Shown: positions 55,839 to 64,000 of the stretch, one piece after another
How positions within the stretch are numbered: the first letter of the stretch is position 1
Layout: each line of letters begins with the position of its first letter
Assembly (NCBI GenBank): GCA_951406725.2
Contig: OX597814.1
Location: forward strand, 120,590,001 to 120,654,000
Reading direction: 5' to 3'
DNA length: 64,000 nucleotides
DNA from: Octopus vulgaris
Taxonomy: Eukaryota
Made by a program: the position numbers and the translations under genes
Notes under the pieces: generated by a model
What the model saw: only the letters and a program-made list of their open reading frames with translations
What the model was told of the DNA's origin: nothing
Databases searched by the model: none

Positions 55839-55861
55839 ACACAAACACCCGCACAAACAAG

Positions 55862-55897
<36 letters not shown>

Positions 55898-55971
55898 GTG
55901 TGCCAAATGTCTCACATTGAAACATTTGGCATTTCATTTACAATATTTTGTTATCATTTATGTGTTGTCCA

Positions 55972-56188
55972 AGGCGCCGAGCTGGCAAAATCATTAGCAC
56001 ACCGGGCGAAATACTTCGCGGTATCTTGTCTGTTTTTGCGTTCTGAGTTCAAATGCCGGCGAGGTCGACATCGAATTTCATCCTTTCGGAGTTAATGAGG
56101 TAAATACCAGTTGTTTACTGGGATCGATCTAACCATCTACTACCCTCCTCCAAAATTTCGGTCCTTGTGCCTGGATTAAAAAAGATTA
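55972..56188 (+). mobile_element. SINE family A copy
   Basis: aggcgccgagctggcaaaatcattagcac...gagttcaaatgcc. Confidence 0.8.
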
Positions 56189-56347
56189 TTCATTTGTTGT
56201 CCATGTACAAGTACGTGTGTGATGATCTAATCATCATTTTGTTTTATTCATTGTACTCATTTGTAAATGAATGCTGAAGTTTGTAAGACAATTCCGGAGC
56301 GTGAGCCCACTTTGTGTATTATATATTTATACAAACTAGGCGAAAAG

Positions 56348-56383
<36 letters not shown>

Positions 56384-57070
56384 ATGCGAACGAAGAGATA
56401 GAGAGAACTTATATTCCTTCATTTTATATAGGCCTTTAGCGAACAAGATGTATGACATCATATTGCCTCCATTTTTTTTTCTGAACTGTGCTAGAGATTT
56501 TAATGCAGAATATTGATATTTTCCGCTGTTCATTTATCGCCTTTTGAAATCAACTATATCTCATTTGTGCTCCCTCATCTTCTTTATTGTTTATTACCAA
56601 CTAATCTTTTTTTCCCGATAATAACTGGTTCACTGCTGTTGGAGTTATGAGCACCCGAGCAAAGTATTTAATCTTTATGTAGATAAGAGCTTTACGTAAA
56701 TTTGACAAGTGAGCCTCTAGTTAGTGCCATATATTAGTATCTCTTTCTGTTTGCTTTTTCTTTATTTTTTTCATGTGAGCTTTTCATTTTACATTTATTG
56801 TTCTACGGAGTTAGGTGCGAAATGTGGAATTAGAGAAAACACACAAGAAAAGAAGCGGAAAAGTTAACATATGCAATTTCAGTTACAAAGAGGAAAAAAA
56901 ACTACATCGATGTCAGTAGAAATGGAACATATATATGTGTGTGTGTGTGCGTGTGTGTGTATTTGTGTGTGCGTGTGTCCGTGTATGTGAGTAAAAGAGT
57001 GTATGCATGTATATGTATGTATGCTCGTTTATACATATATATATATATATGTGTGTGTGCGTATATGTGC

Positions 57071-57131
<61 letters not shown>

Positions 57132-57390
57132 ACTGCGATAATTTCAAACTGAACGGATAGATGGTCGCAATAATATTAAGCACTAAGAAGAGCGCTTATG
57201 TATGAAAATTCCTTTCAGCAGTGCTGTCGTCTTCGCCGCAAAGGTGATTGTTGGAATAGTAACACATACTTACTGCACTGTATTTCAAAAGTAAATATAT
57301 ACGTTTTATTGAAGTAGTGAGGGATATAAGTTATTGTTTAGCAGTTACTACTAACGACGTGATAAACTAAATGTTCCTTTTCCGTAAATG

Positions 57391-57520
57391 TAATAATAAT
57401 AATAATAATAATAACAAGAACAACAGCAACAACAACAGCAACAACAACAGCGGCAACAACAACAACAATAATGATAATAATAATAATACTAATAATAACA
57501 ACAACAACAACAACAACAAC

Positions 57521-57574
<54 letters not shown>
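57391..57574. repeat. (AAT)n/(AAC)n compound repeat
   Basis: Visible tract. Confidence 0.95.
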
Positions 57575-57790
57575 TGCCCCGATGCAGTACAAGGCAGTCG
57601 CTCTCGTGGTTTCTGATCTGAACTAATCGGAAGTGTTACCATGTACATTGTTTTGTCTTGGTATAAAAGATGGGCTACAGCAAATATACCACAAACGTAC
57701 CTGCCAGTTGCTTGACCTTATCCTGTTGTGCATGTCCCTTAGGGGCTGACGATATGTGCATTTCCGATCCCGTGCAGAACTAGTAGGAGA
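57575..57790 (-). mobile_element. LINE 3' UTR fragment with (ATT)n tail
   Basis: Homologous to 35305-35510. Confidence 0.55.
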
Positions 57791-57799
57791 ACGTCATTG

Positions 57800-58610
57800 T
57801 CACGTGTTGATATAATAATAATCACAAGGCACTCTTTTTGAACGAAATACGATTATTGTGCCTGACATAATATATGTGCCGACTGAATCTTTTGTAGAAT
57901 TGTTCTGTTGTACAATCAACATAATCAAGTCGTGTTTCTTGGATTCTGCGGCGCACACCAAATGGAAATCTTTACATGTCCCACGCTCTGTATAAACCAT
58001 ATAATTTCTGTTATGATTTCTGATGGAATTTACTTTAATCGTGTTGTTGCACAAGGAACAGGTCGTAAATCGCTTCCAGCTTTTTTTCAAGGTACGCCGT
58101 GAAGATACTCCAAAGTCACTTTTCTTGGAGACAGAAGTACATGTTAATAGTTCTCTTATATTTTTATTCTGTCTAAAGGCTACAATAGGCGGAAATTTTT
58201 GTTTGAAACGAGGATTTTTTTCCGCAACATGCTGGAAATTTCAGGCAAACTTTTGAAATGATAGCGAAATTTCGGTGCCAGTTATACCCATCTTTTGGGG
58301 TTTAAATATTACCATATATTGTAACGTTTGCTAAAATTATGCGTGAAGGTTTGACTTACTTTGCTAATCTTAACCATGTCATTTGCTATTTCTTTTAATT
58401 GTAATTCACTGTAACCGCGTTTGACATAATGGTGTACAACAGAATTTGCATGTTTCCAGTAATCCCCTATGTCAGTACAAATCCATTTTATCCTCAATAA
58501 TTGAGATTTCGGGATTGACCAAATTATATGTTGCCGATGATTGGAGCGGCGGTGGAAGTAAAACGTGAGATGATGTGGGCTTGCAAAATAACTCCGCCAC
58601 TTGTCTGCTT
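57800..58610 (-). pseudogene. Penelope-like (Neptune-type) element remnant: RT thumb, Cys-rich linker, GIY-YIG start
   Basis: YFHRRSNHRQHIIWSIPKSQLLRIKWICTD...KRGYS (58309-58614); CSLC...GTC..LV (57800-58090); frameshifted YVDCTTEQFYKRFSRH. Confidence 0.85.
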
Positions 58611-58651
58611 CCAAAATTCAATACTAGTTTTTGAAAAAAACTAGACGAAAA

Positions 58652-58670
58652 TGAAGAAGAAGAAGAGGAA

Positions 58671-58705
<35 letters not shown>

Positions 58706-58845
58706 AGAAGAAGAAGAAGAAGAAGAAGAAGAAGAAGAAGAAGAAGAAGAAGAAGAAGACGAGGAGGAGGAAGACGAGGAAGACGAGGAAGAACGGGAAG
58801 AAGGGGAGGAAGAAGAAGAAGAAGGGGGAAGAAGGAGAGGGAGAA
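58652..58845. repeat. (GAA)n-rich purine repeat
   Basis: Visible tract. Confidence 0.95.
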
Positions 58846-60009
58846 CAAAAAGAACGGCAGCAAATATAATAATATTAATAACAAATAAATAAAAGTAAAA
58901 ATGGAATAAGCTCGGTCAGAGAGTCAATGTATAATTTCCTAATGTAGAGTCAAGAGAAAAGAAAACCAAAATATTAGTCATCACTTTAAAGAATGTACTA
59001 AGCTAGCACAACATGAATATAAGCTTAAGCGTGACTGAGTAATTTAGCCGAGTGCATGGCTTCGAAAAAATATAAAGGTGTTATTTATCACCAGAGTTTG
59101 TGATAAATACTAAGAAATATCGAACCGTATGGGATTTTGCATTAAATTCTGATCACACAGTTGTTAGGGGTAGACCAGGTATGATTACATAGCGCAAAAG
59201 AAACAAAGAGAATCAGAGCATAGTCTTCTTAAAGCCATATTGATAAAAGCGTAGATTCTACAGAATTTTAATAGGTTCTGGCCGTCTAAGATGGCAAATA
59301 TTTTCGGGGTCAATTGTGTCACTTGTTGCACGTATAGTTCGGTGAGACAGATAGTGTATTTGATACTAGCATTGTCAACCAGCGGAAACGTGCAATCAGG
59401 AATATCGAGGAAGATTCTGGAGATTTCAAGAAACTTGCCACCAAATGCATGTACATTACTGCAAATGAGACACTCGCGAGATCAACGCAATTGATTGATT
59501 CTTATTTGCACACATGTGATTTGACAACATCTGCTGAAAAATCTGGCGGCTAGCGACTCCAGAGATTCGACATTGTTAAGAATAAAAACAGTTATTGCCG
59601 AATTTACTGTTTAGGACAGGCTATTGTGCTGATAGATCTTTGGAGAAGGCCACAAAATGAAAGGAGTCAGTTTAAAAAGGCAGAAGCCATGATCGTAGTT
59701 TTAGTAGTCAGAAAGACGATATTTCATTGCTGTGGGATACAGAATGGAATATGTTTGTGAGTAGTTTGATGCCAGTAATTCCAAGAACTGCTAGTGTGTA
59801 GCAGAAATAGTTATCCTTCCAGGCGTAGAAGCAGAATCTCATATTTGAATCTCATTTTGGAGTTTTTAGAATGCTACCAGGTGTCAAAGATTGTAAAAAC
59901 TGTGTCTTAGAAGAATTCAAAAGGTTAAAGTTTTGGGCAAAGTAAGGCTGCAACGATGTGTTATTAATATGTGTAAAGGTTGTGTAGGTGGGGTGAGGGC
60001 TAGTATGAT

Positions 60010-60190
60010 CATTAGCACATTGCAAAATATTAAGCTACATTTCGTAAGTCTTTACTCCTGAGTTTAAATTACACCGAAGTCGACTTTATATTTCATTATT
60101 TCAAGGTCGATAAAATAAGTGCCAGTTGAGCACTGGCTCGGTGTAATCAACTTCCACGAACATGCAGATCGAGTGTCAAAATTTGAAATC
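60010..60190 (+). mobile_element. SINE family A, degenerate
   Basis: gagtttaaattacaccgaagtcgacttt...ggtcgataaaataagtgccagttgagcactgg. Confidence 0.65.
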
Positions 60191-60284
60191 AATACCTGTA
60201 GAATTTTTTTATGTGTGCTGTTCATGGGTACTCCTGAGAACTGTACTCATACTATTTAGATTCTTTTAATATAACATACACTAC

Positions 60285-60450
60285 CAGGAGGGGCTGTGGG
60301 GTAAGTAGATTGCTTACCAGCCACATGGTTCCGGGTTTAGTCCTACTGCGTGACACATTGGGCAAGTGCCGTCTGCTATAGCCTCGGGCCAACCAAAACC
60401 TTGTGTGGATTTGGCAGGCGGAAACTGAAAGAAGCCCGTCGTATATATGC

Positions 60451-60492
<42 letters not shown>

Positions 60493-60719
60493 ATATGTTT
60501 GTGAGTCTGTGTTTGTCTCCCCAGCATCGCTTGACAACCGATGCTGGTATGTTTACGTCCCCGTCACTTAGCGGTTTTGACAAAAAGAGATCGATAGAAT
60601 AAGTACTAGGCCTACAAAGAATAAGTCCTGGGGTCGATTTGCTCGACTAAAGGCGGTGCTCCAGCATGGCCGCAGTCAGACGACTGAAACAAGTAAAAGA
60701 GAGAAAAGAGTAAAGAGTA
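60285..60719 (+). mobile_element. SINE family B, full length with internal (TA)n(TG)n
   Basis: Head caggaggggctgtggggtaagtag..ttgggcaagtg (CORE-like); tail gactgaaacaagtaaaagag. Confidence 0.9.
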
Positions 60720-61239
60720 CCAAAAAAAAAAAAAAGGGAAAGTATAGCATGTACTGAACTAGCGCTGATCTGCACCCCCGTGTCTAACGCAAACACCGAA
60801 TAAAAATATAGTATCTTAAAAGTAACAATGATTTGTAAAATAGCACATATCTGGAAAATGTATGGAGTGAGAAATCAAACAAATTAATCTTAGTGCTTAG
60901 AATTTATTATTCGGCTAAATATTAATATGAAGTAATAAATATTTTAACATTAATACTTCTTTTAGTGAAGTGAACAAACTTAGTTTCATCAAGGAATAGA
61001 AACCAGCTCATGAAGTCATCTTTCTCTGAATTTATAATAGATTGTCATTAATGTTTCTACTTAATCAATTTTACGAATAGAAGCTAACCGCGGTCAGGAA
61101 ATTCTCTAGCCACTAGATAAGTTATGAGATAGAAAATGTCTCAGTACCTTTACATTGTATATTGTGAATTCTATTATTGTAATGTCTAATAGACAGAATG
61201 AAGAGAAAATTAGATTGTGTGAGGACAATTAGTGAAAAT

Positions 61240-61770
61240 AAATATCAGAAACAACCAAAGTGCTGTAACAGTATATTACAGAGGAGACAAAAAACTTCAA
61301 TAGCAACAGTATGTAAGTGAGATTTTATGGCTGTATTGTCGGATGTAATTGAGAGAAACTTTGTAAGCTTCCAAAATGTAGAAAGCAATTTGTAAAGAAC
61401 AAAATGCCACATTACTTTTAGCAGAGTAAAGACCACCGTAGCTGAAGAAAAAATTCTCAAAATAGAAGAAAAATTTTGGCTTGCTAAAAAGTGTAAGAGA
61501 AGAGCAAGTATGTAAATGGATATGAGAGAAAGAAAGGATTTAAGAACTACGCGCATTGTTGTAAATGCAATCCTACTACAAAAAAAGGGCAAAAATAAAT
61601 AATTCTACTGCTGCACTGTATACCCATGTTACTCTTACAGAAAAATAAAATAAAAGCCATTGTAAAATGCAAATGTATTTGTACTAATTTTGTCTGGTAA
61701 GGATACTGGAAGAAGTTCGTAAAAACAATATCATATAATGTGTGATAGTATGTGAAAAATAATCTAAGAT
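61240..61770 (+). pseudogene. Possible heavily decayed piggyBac-like transposase C-terminus
   Basis: Loose resemblance to a Cys-rich C..C...RK....C..C tail; many stops and frameshifts. Confidence 0.2.
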
Positions 61771-63362
61771 TACTGCAAATGTAATTTTACAGAACAGCTT
61801 TACATTTAAATGATCAGTATGATGTGCTTCTTAGTTTTTTTGTCTTTTCCAGCGAAGAAAAGTAGTAATTTCTTGATTTTGTTAGTATCATAAACACATA
61901 CTTGTTAATTAATTGTTGAGCGTAAATGAGAGGAACATGCATTCACATACGCAGATGGGTGCACTGTTTTCTTTTTATAATACTAATGATTGATACACAC
62001 TATATAACTGTACAAGATTCCCCTTATCACTACTGAGTTACCTGATTGTGTATCTGTATATACATTGATAAGTACAAAAGTAGTAGTAGTTAGTATGTAA
62101 CTCGAAGAACCTTTAGAAATTTATTTGTTGAATGCGGTAATTTTACATTCAGTGTAATGCGGCGTAATTTTTGATATAACAATAGTCCAGGTGACAAATA
62201 CGGACTTGGATTCACAGTGATCAGTGAAGAAAATAAATAAAACACTGTTAAATATAAGTATTGCTACTGCGGTTCGTAGATTGGACGGACTGTACAGCAT
62301 ACGCGCTCTTCTTCCTCCATCTTAACCAAATTACATTGAACACGCGTTTGTTTGCTACAGTATTTATGGTGGCTCGTTAAATCCTTTGCGCTATTGTTCC
62401 TCCTTCAGATGCTCACCACTGGTGCGTAATACTGAATTTAAAAGCTGAAAAATCGATTCAAATGGTCTTTAAACAATACTAAAACAACCATTGTTGTGTG
62501 GAGGTGATAGAGATGGTATTGATACGTTCAAGTCGCAAAAACATGGGCTCGGATTTAATTCTACTGTGTTGACCTGTGATCAATTATCACTAAAGTTGCC
62601 CAGATATGACCACTGTCATATGATTGAAATTTACGTTGACGAACGCTGTGCCAAAGCCGATTGAAGACAGGTACGCACACATACACATACATACAGTAAT
62701 ATACAAGGACAAATGTATGTACGCACATTCGCTTTTATATATAAGCACGGATATGTCAATGACTATAAATCATTGCTTTAGGTGAATCTATAAACGAGAA
62801 TGATAATCGCACGACTGTCGCAAATGGGTGTCGCTGCTAAACAAACTGTCTTAGTATCCAGCTTTTGAAAAAACACGAATATCTATGGGGATATATTACT
62901 TTCACAATAAGGATGAAGTGAGGATTGTTTGCAGGAAGGACATCTATACGCAGGATTTCTACCTCAACGAATTCTGTCCAACTCATTCGTGTATGGAAGG
63001 TTGAACGTTAAAATCAATATATCAATGATAACGATACACATGTGTATATGACCACATAATTACATATAATTAAACAAGCATACATTTAATTACGAACACA
63101 TACACGGGTACATACACAGGGGCGCACTCACACAGACACACACACACATATACCTATTAGTTGATAACTACGAAGCAAAGTGGTTAACATCTGCTGAAAT
63201 AATAACTATTTAAACATACAAATCGCAGTATGCATTGATATGCACCCATTGACACATTAATATAGATTTAACAAGAGATACACACATAGACTCATTCTCA
63301 AATGTGTGTGTGTGTGTGGGGGGGGCTGTGTTTGTGTGCGAGCGTGCGTGCGCGGGTGTGTG

Positions 63363-63421
<59 letters not shown>

Positions 63422-63686
63422 ATGCTAAACTACAATCATACAGAAACGGAACCACGCGTTTCTAACATAATATTGAAAGGAAGACATTGATATAAAATAA
63501 TTGTGATTTGTGTATACAATACTTCAAATAGCTGCAAATATATGCACGGAAACGGATACATAATTGTGAAACTACAAAGCTAGTATACACTCCAAAGAAC
63601 AAACATATAAATAAATAAACTTACTCAACCATATATATATGTGTGTGTGTGTATATCTATATATATATACATATATATATATATGA

Positions 63687-63745
<59 letters not shown>

Positions 63746-64000
63746 AATGATTAGTTACGTTATATTTGCAAACTAACAACACTGATACAAGAATATAATC
63801 GAAAATGTATTATCTTTTTTTACCGGGGAAGAAGAGAAAACGAAAATAAGAGTAAACAATCAACAGATGATCAAAAAAGGAAGTCAAGAAAAAGGTCGGA
63901 AAAACAAGTATAGAAATATTATTCAATAGATTTCTGTAACATATATAAAGAAAAAAATAATAATAAACGGAAAGGGAACTCACAAGTATCTGTTAAGAGA

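Overview
AT-rich, non-coding eukaryotic DNA, most likely from an octopus or other cephalopod (inferred from the SINE families recognised and the extreme microsatellite density). No host gene can be supported; nearly all listed ORFs are translated microsatellites. The window is a mosaic of tRNA-derived SINEs, two copies of a CR1/L2-like LINE family, RTE and Dong/R4 LINE remnants, and several Penelope-like element (PLE) RT/GIY-YIG remnants. The most notable signal is a set of short non-coding elements bounded by (TA)n tracts. Several combine an inverted partial copy with a direct copy, in three cases longer than one unit (about 439, 548 and 810 bp monomers), and most carry type I minimal hammerhead ribozyme (HHR) folds with palindromic stem III. 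The cores read by eye are canonical CUGAAGA, a G3:C8 covariant (GUGAACA), U4C (CCGAUGA) and A6U (CUGUGGA). This suggests a PLE-mobilised, retrozyme-like system. All folds were derived by hand and activity is untested.
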